A stretch of 56,445 bases of DNA. Origin: an uncultured Pseudomonadales bacterium. Lineage in GTDB: Bacteria > Patescibacteriota > Microgenomatia > UBA1400 > PJMF01. Location of the stretch: assembly GCA_964433225.1 (NCBI GenBank), contig CAYSQA010000003.1, positions 1 through 56,445 on the forward strand, in the 5' to 3' direction. Numbering within the stretch: the first letter of the stretch is position 1; each line of letters begins with the position of its first letter. A program made the translations under genes and the position numbers. A model generated the notes under the pieces. It ran no database searches and was not told the DNA's origin. It saw nothing but the letters and a program-made list of their open reading frames with translations. Shown piece after piece: positions 16,305-26,502 of the stretch.

Positions 16305-17594
16305 ATGAATGATCCTCATCAAAATGCTGTGGCTCAGCTAGAAAAAGTAGCGGCATTATTGGCAAAAGATTATCAAGATAATCAAGAGGTTTTTTCTAAA
16401 GTTGTAAGTAGGCTAAAAGAGCCCACTAATCTTTATCAAACCGAGTTAGAAATAACCATGGATGATGGTGCTAAAAAAAACTTTACTGCTTTCAGAGCTC
16501 AGCATAATAATGCCCGTGGTCCCTATAAAGGTGGTATTCGTTACCATCAAGATGTTTCTGAAGCAGAAGTCAAGGCTTTATCTACTTGGATGACTTGGAA
16601 ATGTGCCGTGACGGGAATTCCTTATGGTGGTGGTAAAGGTGGGATTATTGTTGATCCAAAGAAACTTTCTATTAGCGAGTTAGAAAAATTAAGTAGAGCT
16701 TATGCTCGATTTTTAAGTGACAAAATTGGTCCTTGGGTTGATGTGCCAGCCCCAGATGTAAACACTACTGGTCAAATTATGGCTTGGATGGTTGATGAAT
16801 ACCAACAAAGTTTGGCTGAGAAGGGTTTGGTTCAAGAAAACCCATTGGGAACTTTCACTGGTAAGCCTTTAGCTTTAGGAGGATCAGAAGGCAGAGATGA
16901 AGCGACTGGTCTTGGTGGAGTAATGGTAATGGATAAATTAGTTGAAAAAATGGGTTATAAAAATAAAAAGGATATAAAAGTTGCAGTTCAAGGTTTTGGT
17001 AATGTTGGTTATTGGTTTGCCAAGCATGCTTATGATCGAGGCTACACGGTAGTGGCTGTTTCTGATTCGAAAGGCGGTTTATATCTCAAGGCCGGTTTGA
17101 ATCCAGAAAAAGTGATGGCTTGTAAAAGAGATAAAGGTTCAGTGCAGTTATGTGGTGGTGAACAAGGACAAATCTTGTCTAATGAACAGATTTTAGAGCT
17201 TGAAGTTGATATTTTGGTGCCAGCTGCTCTTGAGAACGTGATTCATAGGGATAATGCTGATAAGGTAAAAGCCAAAGCTATTATTGAGATGGCTAATGGT
17301 CCAGTTACTCCAGAGGCGGATGAGATCTTAAAAGACAAAGAGGTTGTTTTAGTGCCTGATGTTTTAGCCAATTCTGGTGGAGTGACAGTTTCTTATTTTG
17401 AGTGGGTCCAAAACCTTCAAGGTTATTATTGGTCTCATCAGGAAGTGATTAGCAAATTACAACCACTAATGGAAACAGCTTTTGCTCAAATGTGGCAAAT
17501 GAAAGAAACTCATCAAGTTGATGGCAGAATGGCTACTTACATGACGGCAGTCAAGAGAGTGATTGATGCAATGATTTTAAGAGGTGGTTTTTAA
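16305..17594 (+). CDS. gdhA: Glutamate dehydrogenase
   Basis: GPYKGGIRYH, KCAVTGIPYGGGKGGI and GFGNVG Rossmann motif. Confidence 0.93.
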   Translation: MNDPHQNAVAQLEKVAALLAKDYQDNQEVFSKVVSRLKEPTNLYQTELEITMDDGAKKNFTAFRAQHNNARGPYKGGIRYHQDVSEAEVKALSTWMTWKCAVTGIPYGGGKGGIIVDPKKLSISELEKLSRAYARFLSDKIGPWVDVPAPDVNTTGQIMAWMVDEYQQSLAEKGLVQENPLGTFTGKPLALGGSEGRDEATGLGGVMVMDKLVEKMGYKNKKDIKVAVQGFGNVGYWFAKHAYDRGYTVVAVSDSKGGLYLKAGLNPEKVMACKRDKGSVQLCGGEQGQILSNEQILELEVDILVPAALENVIHRDNADKVKAKAIIEMANGPVTPEADEILKDKEVVLVPDVLANSGGVTVSYFEWVQNLQGYYWSHQEVISKLQPLMETAFAQMWQMKETHQVDGRMATYMTAVKRVIDAMILRGGF

Positions 17595-17630
17595 TTTTTA
17601 GCAAAATAAACTAAAAATAGTGTAGTAATT

Positions 17631-17661
17631 AAAAAGGCTTCTATCTAAAGAAGCCTTTTTT
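17631..17661. terminator. Bidirectional terminator between convergent gdhA and galU
   Basis: A5-GGCTTCT atctaa AGAAGCC-T8. Confidence 0.8.
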
Positions 17662-18543
17662 TTAAAAATCAATTTCTTTGATAAATTTTCTCAATTCTTG
17701 TCTAAGCTCAGGGTTATTTTTGGCCATGGTCAAGTTAGCTTTTAGCCAGCCCAAAGGATAACCACAATCTAGATAGGTTCCTTTGGGAGTATAAATAGCG
17801 ACTGCTTCTTCTTGGGCTAGCATGGTAACGGTATCGGTAATATATAATTCACCGGATTTTTTATCTATTTCTTGTTTTTCGATTAATTCGAATACTCTTG
17901 GAGTTAGAATATATTTACTAATATTGGCTAAATTAGTCGGAGCTGTTCCAGGAGTAGGTTTTTCAATTAAGTTTTTTAAATATTGATAACCATTTTTCTC
18001 AAAAGTTTCAGCAATCCCATAGCGGTAGAGTTCAGTCTCTGGTTGCTCAACAAAGGTTGCTAGGGCTTTAGCTTTAGTTTTTTCTAAATGGTTAATCATC
18101 AGTGAGACTTCAGAGATACCATCGGCATTATAAGGGATATCATCGCCCATTAAGACCACAAACGAGTCTTCATCTTTGAAGTGATCTTGAGCTATTTTTA
18201 TTGGTGTTGCAGACCCATATGGGTCACTATCTGCTTGCTTAACGAAGTGAAAAGTTGCTTTTTCATGAAGTGTTTTGACTTCATCATAAAGATGAAGTTT
18301 ATTCATTTTTTCTAAATAAGCTTTCAAACGATTATTTTCTCTGAAGTAGTGCAAAATTTGTTTATTATGTTCATTAATTACAAATACAATTTCGGTAATT
18401 CCTGCTTTGACTAAATCATCAACCAAGTAATCGACAACTGGTTTATTTAGGACGGGAATCATCTCTTTTTGAATTGTTTTGGTAAAAGGTAAAAATCTTG
18501 TGCCAAAACCAGCAGCAGCAATAAGGGCTTTTTTTATTTTCAT
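17662..18543 (-). CDS. galU: UTP--glucose-1-phosphate uridylyltransferase
   Basis: KALIAAAGFGTRFLPFTKTIQKEMIPV signature and VLMGDD. Confidence 0.9.
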   Translation of the reverse strand: MKIKKALIAAAGFGTRFLPFTKTIQKEMIPVLNKPVVDYLVDDLVKAGITEIVFVINEHNKQILHYFRENNRLKAYLEKMNKLHLYDEVKTLHEKATFHFVKQADSDPYGSATPIKIAQDHFKDEDSFVVLMGDDIPYNADGISEVSLMINHLEKTKAKALATFVEQPETELYRYGIAETFEKNGYQYLKNLIEKPTPGTAPTNLANISKYILTPRVFELIEKQEIDKKSGELYITDTVTMLAQEEAVAIYTPKGTYLDCGYPLGWLKANLTMAKNNPELRQELRKFIKEIDF

Positions 18544-18605
18544 AACATTCTTTCTAATAGAGAAATTGTAGGCAAATAGTTACCTATTGTCCAGATAAAT
18601 TTTTT

Positions 18606-19562
18606 TTATAAGTAAATTACCAAAAAGGAAACTAAACCAAATGAAAAGACTGTAGCCAATAAAGGCAGATCATTTAGTAACACTCTTTCTGGAGATTCTC
18701 CTTTGTTTTCTTCATAAACTAGTTGTAAATAGCGCATCACTCCAAAAATCACAAAAGGAAGAGTAAGCATTAAGAGTTTTTGTGACTGAAATGTTTTTGG
18801 TAAAAAAGTATAAATATCAGAGAATCTTTGTTGAGCTGGATCTACATAAACAGCTTCATGTTGAAAAGAAAATAAAGCATAAGTTAGCCAAGTCGCATTG
18901 GCAAACATTGCTGTATATTGATTGAGTAATTGTTGACTATAGTGTTTCAAGGTTTTTCTGCTGGGTGAAAGTTGGTGGCTAGTTAGCAAGGTTCTTTCGC
19001 TTTGTCTTTTGCCGACAGCTAGGAATAAAGAAGCAGATACCACGGTTAAAAGAAACCAAACGTTCATGTGTAATTCAACAATAATTGCTCCAGCATAAAC
19101 CCTGATTAAAAATCCAGAAGCAATTGAAATAACGTCAAAAATTGCTACATGTTTAAGTCTAGTGGCATAGAGTATTTGCAAAGCTAGATATAGTAAAACC
19201 AAAACTCTAAAAAAGAATGGTAATGATAAAGAGAGAAAGAAAACAATCGCTATGCCCAGCATTGCCACAAAAGCAGCGATTGGGATTGGTAGTTCTCCTG
19301 AAGCAATCGGGCGCTTCTTTTTATAAGGATGTTGACTATCTTCTTCTGCATCAACGATGTCATTAATTAGGTAAATGCTGGAAGTCAGAATACAAAAAAT
19401 GAAGAAAGCATAGGTAACGGTCCAAAAATAAGCAGGACCTTGTTGAGGCACATAAAACAGAAAACCAGATAGAAAAAGAGCAGCATAGAGAGCAAAATTT
19501 TTAAGCCATTGTCTAGGCCGGGCAGACTTCAAAAGTAGATATAGAATTTTGAGTCTCATCAC
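18606..19562 (-). CDS. UbiA-family prenyl-phosphate phosphoribosyltransferase-like membrane protein (DPPR synthase-like)
   Basis: ARPRQWLKN and NDIVDAEEDSQHPYKKKRPIASGE closely follow the decaprenyl-phosphate phosphoribosyltransferase pattern (NDxxDxxxDxxHPxKxxRPIAxG). About 8 TM segments. Confidence 0.75.
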   Translation of the reverse strand: MMRLKILYLLLKSARPRQWLKNFALYAALFLSGFLFYVPQQGPAYFWTVTYAFFIFCILTSSIYLINDIVDAEEDSQHPYKKKRPIASGELPIPIAAFVAMLGIAIVFFLSLSLPFFFRVLVLLYLALQILYATRLKHVAIFDVISIASGFLIRVYAGAIIVELHMNVWFLLTVVSASLFLAVGKRQSERTLLTSHQLSPSRKTLKHYSQQLLNQYTAMFANATWLTYALFSFQHEAVYVDPAQQRFSDIYTFLPKTFQSQKLLMLTLPFVIFGVMRYLQLVYEENKGESPERVLLNDLPLLATVFSFGLVSFLVIYL

Positions 19563-19599
19563 ATTGATTTGTAAAGCAAATTTTTACTTTTCACAAGGG

Positions 19600-20658
19600 T
19601 TAGTTTTCTTTCTTTTGTGAATACCATTTAGCCCAAATTAGGAAACTGAACACAAACCCAACTGTTAAAGAAAAAGTTATTATTTTTCCAGTAGTATTCA
19701 TTAATAAGGATAAGCTTCCAAGTAATAAACTAGCTAACCAGTAAAAAATAGCAATTCTTCTTTTTCCCCAACCAAAAAGGTCCATTAATTTATGGTGGAA
19801 ATGACCTCTGTCACCCCAGAATGGTGATTTTCCAGCCAAAATTCTTCTAGTGATAGTAAAAATTCCATCAGCAGTGGGTAAAGCAATTACCATTAAAGTA
19901 GTTGCTAGTTTGGCCCCAGAAAGAATAGCCAAAATACTCAAAAAATAACCAGCCAAAGAACCAGCTCCATAGCCAGGCATCATTTTTTGTGGATACCAGT
20001 TCCAAATTAGTAGACCAAAGTAAGCTCCGGCAACGATGAAACTTAGATAAAGAGTATTAAAAGTAGTAGGATCATCAATAAATCTTAGGGATAGGATGCC
20101 AATAAAAACTGCAGAGATGCTAACAAATCCTGGTAGTTGGCCATCAACACCTTTAGACCAGTTAAGAATATTCATATTCCACATCATGAAGAAAATAGTC
20201 ATCAAACCAGGTAGTGAAAAAACGTTATTTAACCAGCTATTTGAAAAAAAACTGAGTTGGGGAACATTCAAAATTCCTTCACCAAATGGGTTGCTAACAT
20301 AACCGATACTAATACCTGCATTGACAATAATCATGCTCGCTAATAAGCCCGTTCCAAGTCTAATAAACGGGTGAATATCCCAAATATCATCGATTAAACC
20401 AATAATAGTTAGAATGGTCGCTCCCAGCAAAATAGCTAGCAAATATGAGTCTAGGTTAAGGAAAAAAAGACTGCCAAGTAGAATTCCACTGAAAACAACC
20501 AAACCCCCGCCTCTTGGGACTGGCTGGGAATGGGTTTTTTTGGCGTGGGGAGTTTTACTTGGATCGTCTAACCAATTATTTTTTTTGTATAAATTAATCA
20601 CTAAGGGAGCTACTATTGCAGCAATCAAAGTGATTAGTAAAAAAATAATTAGTGTCAT
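19600..20658 (-). CDS. Polyprenyl-phosphate sugar-1-phosphate transferase (MraY/WecA family)
   Basis: Polytopic membrane protein with IIGLIDDIWDI and NMNILNWSKGVDGL-type motifs. Confidence 0.8.
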   Translation of the reverse strand: MTLIIFLLITLIAAIVAPLVINLYKKNNWLDDPSKTPHAKKTHSQPVPRGGGLVVFSGILLGSLFFLNLDSYLLAILLGATILTIIGLIDDIWDIHPFIRLGTGLLASMIIVNAGISIGYVSNPFGEGILNVPQLSFFSNSWLNNVFSLPGLMTIFFMMWNMNILNWSKGVDGQLPGFVSISAVFIGILSLRFIDDPTTFNTLYLSFIVAGAYFGLLIWNWYPQKMMPGYGAGSLAGYFLSILAILSGAKLATTLMVIALPTADGIFTITRRILAGKSPFWGDRGHFHHKLMDLFGWGKRRIAIFYWLASLLLGSLSLLMNTTGKIITFSLTVGFVFSFLIWAKWYSQKKEN

Positions 20659-20993
20659 GTAATGAGTGTAATAGTTCTAATGATAAGGATACCAGCAATT
20701 GCTATTAGACCAGTTGTCACCCAAGCAAATGTTTTATGCATATTTACTTCCACTTGGATAAAAAATTTAATTAATAAAAAGTTAAATAATAAAACTAACC
20801 AAGAAAAAATTGGGTAAAAGAAAAGCCAAGCTTTAGGCATCAACTGTCGTTCTGGTTGTGCTAGTGAGTAAAAAATTGGGATAACTGGTTGCAAAAAAGG
20901 GAATGAAATGGCTGCTGTTAAAGTAATTAACAGACACAACACTAGGGCAACTTTGAGTTGTGGAAAAACATACTTTGGCACCAGTCGAGACAT
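20655..20993 (-). CDS. Small membrane protein (112 aa)
   Basis: Four hydrophobic segments. Its stop overlaps the downstream gene start (ATGA). Confidence 0.6.
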   Translation of the reverse strand: MSRLVPKYVFPQLKVALVLCLLITLTAAISFPFLQPVIPIFYSLAQPERQLMPKAWLFFYPIFSWLVLLFNFLLIKFFIQVEVNMHKTFAWVTTGLIAIAGILIIRTITLIT

Positions 20994-21008
20994 GAGTTTA
21001 TTATACCG

Positions 21009-22625
21009 TTAATTTTTGTTTTGTCTGAGATAGACACTCATGGTTTCAAACTGAGTGTCATTGGCATAATAATTAGTTTCTAGGTATTTTTCTAAACCAG
21101 TGAATTCTTGTTTTTCGTCTTTCATCACCACGATAATTTTTGGTTCTTCTTGTTTCACTTGGGCTAAAGTTCGTTCATAGTCATTGAAATCTTTGATGTG
21201 GAAAGAGACAGTAAATCTAGATGTTGGGGTAGTTTGTGATAAAGCATAAAGCATGGGGTTAGTTCCCCAAATAAAGATTCTGTCACTACCGGTTTCAGCA
21301 ATAATTTTGGCAACAGCATAATTATCTTTAACTAAGCTATTGAAAGAATTATCGTATTCTTCTATAGAAATTTCGTTAGAGATTAATTTGAAAAATTGAG
21401 AGTAATATTTACCTGTTTCATAAGGGGCAACATTCAACACAATCATCGTGTAACCAGTCATAACAATCAGTAACAAGCTCAAAATTATTTCTCTAAATTT
21501 GTTTTTAATTTTTGTTAAATCTGTTAATAAAATCACAGCTAATAAAGAGAAGGCAGGAACAACTTGGAGTAAATAATGTGGATAAGGTCTGTTTGATAAT
21601 AGAGCAGCAAATAACGTTAGCATGAACCAAGCAGCAATAAACTTAAAGGTTGGTGATAGTTTTTTTCTAGCAAAACTCAAGATTAACACAAAGACAACCA
21701 TAATTAGGGTTTTACCAGGTAAAGTAAATAAAGTTTGGATAAAGGCTGAAGGAAATTGGGGCTGCCATGAACTGCTATAGCGAATGTTATATAGCAGACC
21801 ATAATCTAAATAATCTTGCCCAGAACCAATTGCCACGAAGTAGAAGATTGAGGCGATAATAGGAATCAATAAACCAAGCAGTAAGACTAAAGACTTATTC
21901 AGGAATTGCCAAAAAGCAGCTATCTTATCTTTCAGTTTTCTAGTTCTTTGGGCAAGAAGGTCACTGAAAGCAAACCACCCAATTAGAGCAGCCGCACCAA
22001 AATCTAGTAGTCCTGGTACCTTAGTTAGAACACCTAGACCAAGAAAAGCTCCGCTTGTTAGCAGTAAACCCAATTCTTTTTTGGAGGTTTTTTGTAGAGC
22101 TTCCTCTGAATTTTTGGCAAAAAAGTTTTGAAAAAGGTTGGTCTTGGATAGGAATGTTAAGCCTGCCATCACAAAACCCATGACAAACAATTCACCATTA
22201 GGGATATGGCCTTCAAACCAAGGCAACGTGGTCAGTAAAACAAAGATTAATGAACTAAAGAATGCTTGTTTTGTGTTTTTAAGGAGTTTTTTAGCTAAAA
22301 AGTAAAATAATGTAGTTGTAGCAATCATCCAAAAGAAGGTTAAAAGTCTGAAGTAAAATTGGTTAGGCACCATAGCCAAGTAGTAAATAAGTGGCGTTTT
22401 ATGGTCAATAATCTCAGTATAGAGTTTTAAACCTTGTTTAAGACCAACTCCTAAGGTCAGATAGATGGCTTCATCTCCATACCAATAAGGTTCAAAAAAA
22501 TTGGGAATCCGTAAAATCAATGCCACAAACCAGAGAATCAATACTTCAAGATTTGTTTCGCATTTTTGGTCAAGTTTTAGGAAAAGTTTTTTCACACTAT
22601 CCAGTGTACACGAAAAAACAATCAT
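21009..22625 (-). CDS. GT-C fold glycosyltransferase (GT39/ArnT/PMT-like)
   Basis: N-terminal first-loop YWYGDEAIY (DE motif), more than 10 TM segments and a soluble C-terminal domain. Confidence 0.7.
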   Translation of the reverse strand: MIVFSCTLDSVKKLFLKLDQKCETNLEVLILWFVALILRIPNFFEPYWYGDEAIYLTLGVGLKQGLKLYTEIIDHKTPLIYYLAMVPNQFYFRLLTFFWMIATTTLFYFLAKKLLKNTKQAFFSSLIFVLLTTLPWFEGHIPNGELFVMGFVMAGLTFLSKTNLFQNFFAKNSEEALQKTSKKELGLLLTSGAFLGLGVLTKVPGLLDFGAAALIGWFAFSDLLAQRTRKLKDKIAAFWQFLNKSLVLLLGLLIPIIASIFYFVAIGSGQDYLDYGLLYNIRYSSSWQPQFPSAFIQTLFTLPGKTLIMVVFVLILSFARKKLSPTFKFIAAWFMLTLFAALLSNRPYPHYLLQVVPAFSLLAVILLTDLTKIKNKFREIILSLLLIVMTGYTMIVLNVAPYETGKYYSQFFKLISNEISIEEYDNSFNSLVKDNYAVAKIIAETGSDRIFIWGTNPMLYALSQTTPTSRFTVSFHIKDFNDYERTLAQVKQEEPKIIVVMKDEKQEFTGLEKYLETNYYANDTQFETMSVYLRQNKN

Positions 22626-22647
22626 TACTCAATAACTAGATTTAAGA

Positions 22648-24144
22648 CTAAACCTTTTCAGTGACTCGATACTCAATATATTTGCCGAGCATCAACCTGG
22701 TATGAGCATCTATGCCTGGCAGAGCAGAGAAGAAAAACCCAACTACGGGCAATAAAATAAATTCTAGTGGTTGAAGCAAATATGAGAGTAGAGATCTTTT
22801 TTTATCTGGATGTGGTGGCCTGTTAATCGCATCAAGAACAAAAATTACTACCATCGAAATTAAAGACAAAGTTAGTAAAGTTGAAGTGACTTGGGGGAGC
22901 GTTTTGCCAATAATGGTTCGGCTAAATTGTTCATTTAAAAGGGGAGGTAATATAGCAGATACTGTAATGGCAAACCAATTAACTGGCCAGAGAAAGTGAT
23001 CTTCAACTACTTTTAAGACTCTAATAAATTTACCCCAAAAAGGAGCATCACTAAGAACAAATTGTCTAATGATGTAGGCATCATCTGAGACTCCCCAGGC
23101 CCAACGTTTAAGTTGTTCATATTGGTTGACCATTGTGTTCCAAAAGCCATTTGATTGAGCAGCATCAGCATAAATTGGTAGAAAAATGGGGTTAACTTGA
23201 AAATCACCTTTTTTGGCAAAGTATGATTTAAAGAATAGCCGGTAGTCTTCTGGAATCACATCAGTATCCCAGTAGCCAATGTCATGAACATGTTTGAGTG
23301 AAGTTGAGTAAGTTGAAAAATTAATTAAGCGATCTTTTCTCATTAAAATATACATTTGAGTAATTGAAAAAATAGAAGCCATAACTCTAACTGGAGAAGG
23401 TACTTCCCAAATATTGTTGTAAAAAGCAATGCCGCCTTGCCAAATGGTGTTGAAGGGCTTTTCGACTGTCAAGAATTCATAAGTTAAGTTAGAAAAGTAG
23501 TGATGATGGAATCTTGCGTCAGCATCTTCACTAGTGATAGTGACTTGTTCAATTGGAATGCCAACCCCATCAACCAAGAACTTCTTGGCTTCTTTAGCTC
23601 CCCAGCAAGTATTGGATGATTTTCCTTTAATTTCACCCTCAATATCTGGATGAAAAGTAGTCCACAAGTGGCCGAATTTTTTAGCAAATTTTTTGATTAA
23701 AACGTCAGCTTTTTCTTTGGCTTCTTTACCTTCTCTTTCCTCAAACGACAGCATAATATGAAGGTTTTTAGTTGGGTAAGATTGTTGTAAGAGTGAGTTT
23801 AGGGTTTTATCTAGAGTTTCGATGGGTTCTTTATAAGTAGGGATAACGATGATGTGATGAATAGAGTCCCACTGCTTGGGAAACGATTTTTTAAGATCAG
23901 TGATCCAGTTGAAAGTCGATGAAGCCTTGATCTTAAAATGAGCCAAAATAGACAAAGTAGCCATAGTTAATGATCGGTAAAGCCAATAAACAGCAAAAGT
24001 GATCACATAATAAGCTACTAAGTTCGGGACTAAGAAAGAGCCCCAAACTGGAAATAAAATTAAAGACCAAGAAACAAAACCAGGCAAAATCTCTAAAGCT
24101 CTTTGTGTTCTCACTGGGTGTCTTCTGAAGTAACGACGAATCAT
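22648..24144 (-). CDS. Membrane-embedded processive family 2 glycosyltransferase
   Basis: IIVIPTYKEPIETLDKTLNSLLQQSYP, SEDADARF (DxD) and QLKRWAWG (QxxRW), flanked by TM segments. Confidence 0.8.
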   Translation of the reverse strand: MIRRYFRRHPVRTQRALEILPGFVSWSLILFPVWGSFLVPNLVAYYVITFAVYWLYRSLTMATLSILAHFKIKASSTFNWITDLKKSFPKQWDSIHHIIVIPTYKEPIETLDKTLNSLLQQSYPTKNLHIMLSFEEREGKEAKEKADVLIKKFAKKFGHLWTTFHPDIEGEIKGKSSNTCWGAKEAKKFLVDGVGIPIEQVTITSEDADARFHHHYFSNLTYEFLTVEKPFNTIWQGGIAFYNNIWEVPSPVRVMASIFSITQMYILMRKDRLINFSTYSTSLKHVHDIGYWDTDVIPEDYRLFFKSYFAKKGDFQVNPIFLPIYADAAQSNGFWNTMVNQYEQLKRWAWGVSDDAYIIRQFVLSDAPFWGKFIRVLKVVEDHFLWPVNWFAITVSAILPPLLNEQFSRTIIGKTLPQVTSTLLTLSLISMVVIFVLDAINRPPHPDKKRSLLSYLLQPLEFILLPVVGFFFSALPGIDAHTRLMLGKYIEYRVTEKV

Positions 24145-24162
24145 AAGTGGTTGTATTGTAAC

Positions 24163-25008
24163 TTAAAAATGGTAAGAAAAGAATTTTTCACTATTAGCGA
24201 AAACTTGGTCTAAGTCAGTAGCAAAGCTTTCTGCTAAATATTTGGCGGTTAAAGTAATCATCCATGGTTCACAAACTTGGCCACGATAATTTTGAGGAGG
24301 GAGATAAGGAGCATCTGTCTCTAGTAATAATTTGTCATTTGGAACGATTTGAAAAAGTGTTCTAAGATCATTAGCATTTTTATAAGTAATATTGCCATCA
24401 AAACCAATATAACCACCCATTTCTAAAGCGGTTTGAACATAGTTATTTGGTCCAGACACACAATGAAGTACAAATCTCAAATCTTTGTCTAATTGTTGTT
24501 GGAGAATAGTTAATGTTTCCCAATAAGCCTCTTCTTGGTCATCTCTAACATGAACAATAATTGGTAGCTGATATTTTTTGGCTAAGCTAATTTGTAGCTC
24601 AAATAGTTGCTGCTGAGCTTTTTTAGTTTGTTCAAATTTATCATTTCTGGGTAATTTAAAATAATCTAAGCCTGTCTCTCCGATAGCTTTAACTTTTGGG
24701 TTGGGTAAGAGATGAGTTAAAAACTCTTCGTATTCAGCTAATGAATGTTGTTCTGCTTCATGAGGATGGATACCAATGGCAGCAATTAATTGAGGTTGAT
24801 CTTCAACTATTTCCAGAGCAGATAAAGAAGATGTTTTACTGGCTCCAACAACTACTCCGCCTACCACAGACTGTTGCTGAGCTTTTTGCCAATGATCTTG
24901 CCAAACCATTGCTAATAGTTGGCTATCATCTGTTAGTTTGAAATGTGATTTTTTACCAGAAAACAAAGGCTCAAGATTGTAGTGGCAGTGAGTATCAATG
25001 ATTTTCAC
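24163..25008 (-). CDS. tatD: TatD family metal-dependent hydrolase
   Basis: IDTHCHY, IGETGLDY, VHVRD and LLETDAPYL. Canonical position downstream of metG. Confidence 0.88.
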   Translation of the reverse strand: MKIIDTHCHYNLEPLFSGKKSHFKLTDDSQLLAMVWQDHWQKAQQQSVVGGVVVGASKTSSLSALEIVEDQPQLIAAIGIHPHEAEQHSLAEYEEFLTHLLPNPKVKAIGETGLDYFKLPRNDKFEQTKKAQQQLFELQISLAKKYQLPIIVHVRDDQEEAYWETLTILQQQLDKDLRFVLHCVSGPNNYVQTALEMGGYIGFDGNITYKNANDLRTLFQIVPNDKLLLETDAPYLPPQNYRGQVCEPWMITLTAKYLAESFATDLDQVFANSEKFFSYHF

Positions 25009-25011
25009 GAT

Positions 25012-26475
25012 TTATTTCTCCAATCTAGGGAAAAGAGGTTTCAGTGCAGTGATTTTTTCTTGAGAGAAGTGGGTAATAATTTTCTCTGACACAGTTGGCA
25101 TGAATGGTTGCAAAGATTTTGCAAGTTCAATAATGCTGCTGATAGCAGTTTGTAAAATTTCTTTTTGTTTTTCGCCTTCCAGTTTCCAGGGTTCTTCTTT
25201 ACTTAGTTTTTCTTCAATAAAATTTGTATAAAGAGAAATATCAGTTAAAGCACTTCTCAATTGAAAATTTATCATTTCTTTTTTAGCACTATCTAAAGCA
25301 AAGATAGCTTCTTCTCCATCTTTTCTTGTTTTAAACTTCCATGGTTTGTAAGAATCTTGATAGCCAATGCCTGAATTCTCACACATTTTAGCTACCCTCG
25401 ATATTGTATTTCCAATATTGTTTGCTAACTTAGATTGATAAACCATGTCCAATTTTTCCCAGCTGACATCCATATCAGTTCCAAACGGTCCAAGATTCAT
25501 TAATAAATATCTTGTTGCATCAACACCATAGCGTTTTACCATTTCAGTTGGAGCAATTACATTGCCTAAAGATTTACTCATTTTTTGACCGTCAACACTG
25601 ATAAAGCCATTAATCAAAATTTGTTCTGAAGGCTGAATCTTTGCAGCCAGCAACATTGCTTGCCACATAGCTGCTTGCTGACGGAGATTGTCTTTACCGG
25701 CTACTTGGATTCCAGGCCAGAATTGATTAAAAACTGAGTTTTCACTCGGCCAGCCCAAAGTAGAAATATAGTTAACTAAAGCATCAAACCAGACATACAT
25801 GACGTGATTTGGATCATTGGGGACTTGAATACCCCAGGGCATTTTTTCTTTTAGTCTAGAAATACTAAAGTCTTGGAGGCCGTTAGCGACAAAAGCTTTA
25901 ATTTCTTTCATCTTTCCAGCTGGTTTAACAAATTCTGGATTTTTTTCGTAAAGAGCTAATAATGGTTGTTGGAAAGCCGAAAACTTAAAAAAGTAGTTTT
26001 CCTCTTCTCTAATTTCAAGTTCTTTATTTGGATGTAAAGGACATTTACCATCATCTAATTCAGAATCAGTTTTTTCTAGCTCACAGCCAATACAGTATTT
26101 GGTTTTGTATTCTTTTTTATAAATATAACCATTGTTATTACAGATTTCCCAGAATTTTTGAGCAGCAACAACATGGTTTTTGTCAGTAGTTCTAATAAAG
26201 TGGGTATAACTCAAGTTTAAAAGTTTTTTTAGTTCTTCGAACTTAGCAGCATAGTGGTCAACATAAGCTTGTGGATCTTGATTATTATCAATCGCATTTT
26301 GGTAAATTTTTTGACCATGTTCATCTGTACCGGTATTAAAGATAACCTTATTGTTGAGAATATCTCGTTGATATCTAGCAATGACATCAGCAGCTACAAT
26401 TTCTAACGCAAAACCAATGTGTGGTTCTGCATTGACATAGGGTAGGGTGGTTGTTAAATAAAAAGTATCTTTCAC
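25012..26475 (-). CDS. metG: Methionine--tRNA ligase (short form without C-terminal tRNA-binding domain)
   Basis: PHIGFA (HIGH-class motif), zinc knuckle CIGCE...CPLH and KMSKSLGN. Confidence 0.93.
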   Translation of the reverse strand: MKDTFYLTTTLPYVNAEPHIGFALEIVAADVIARYQRDILNNKVIFNTGTDEHGQKIYQNAIDNNQDPQAYVDHYAAKFEELKKLLNLSYTHFIRTTDKNHVVAAQKFWEICNNNGYIYKKEYKTKYCIGCELEKTDSELDDGKCPLHPNKELEIREEENYFFKFSAFQQPLLALYEKNPEFVKPAGKMKEIKAFVANGLQDFSISRLKEKMPWGIQVPNDPNHVMYVWFDALVNYISTLGWPSENSVFNQFWPGIQVAGKDNLRQQAAMWQAMLLAAKIQPSEQILINGFISVDGQKMSKSLGNVIAPTEMVKRYGVDATRYLLMNLGPFGTDMDVSWEKLDMVYQSKLANNIGNTISRVAKMCENSGIGYQDSYKPWKFKTRKDGEEAIFALDSAKKEMINFQLRSALTDISLYTNFIEEKLSKEEPWKLEGEKQKEILQTAISSIIELAKSLQPFMPTVSEKIITHFSQEKITALKPLFPRLEK

Positions 26476-26502
26476 AGGCTTATTATAGCGTAGATTTATT
26501 GA

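Noticed and set aside
21577-21585. Perfect DnaA-box-like TGTGGATAA as a hint of a replication origin.
   Set aside because: It is a single copy inside a glycosyltransferase CDS. There is no cluster, no AT-rich unwinding element and no dnaA or dnaN nearby.
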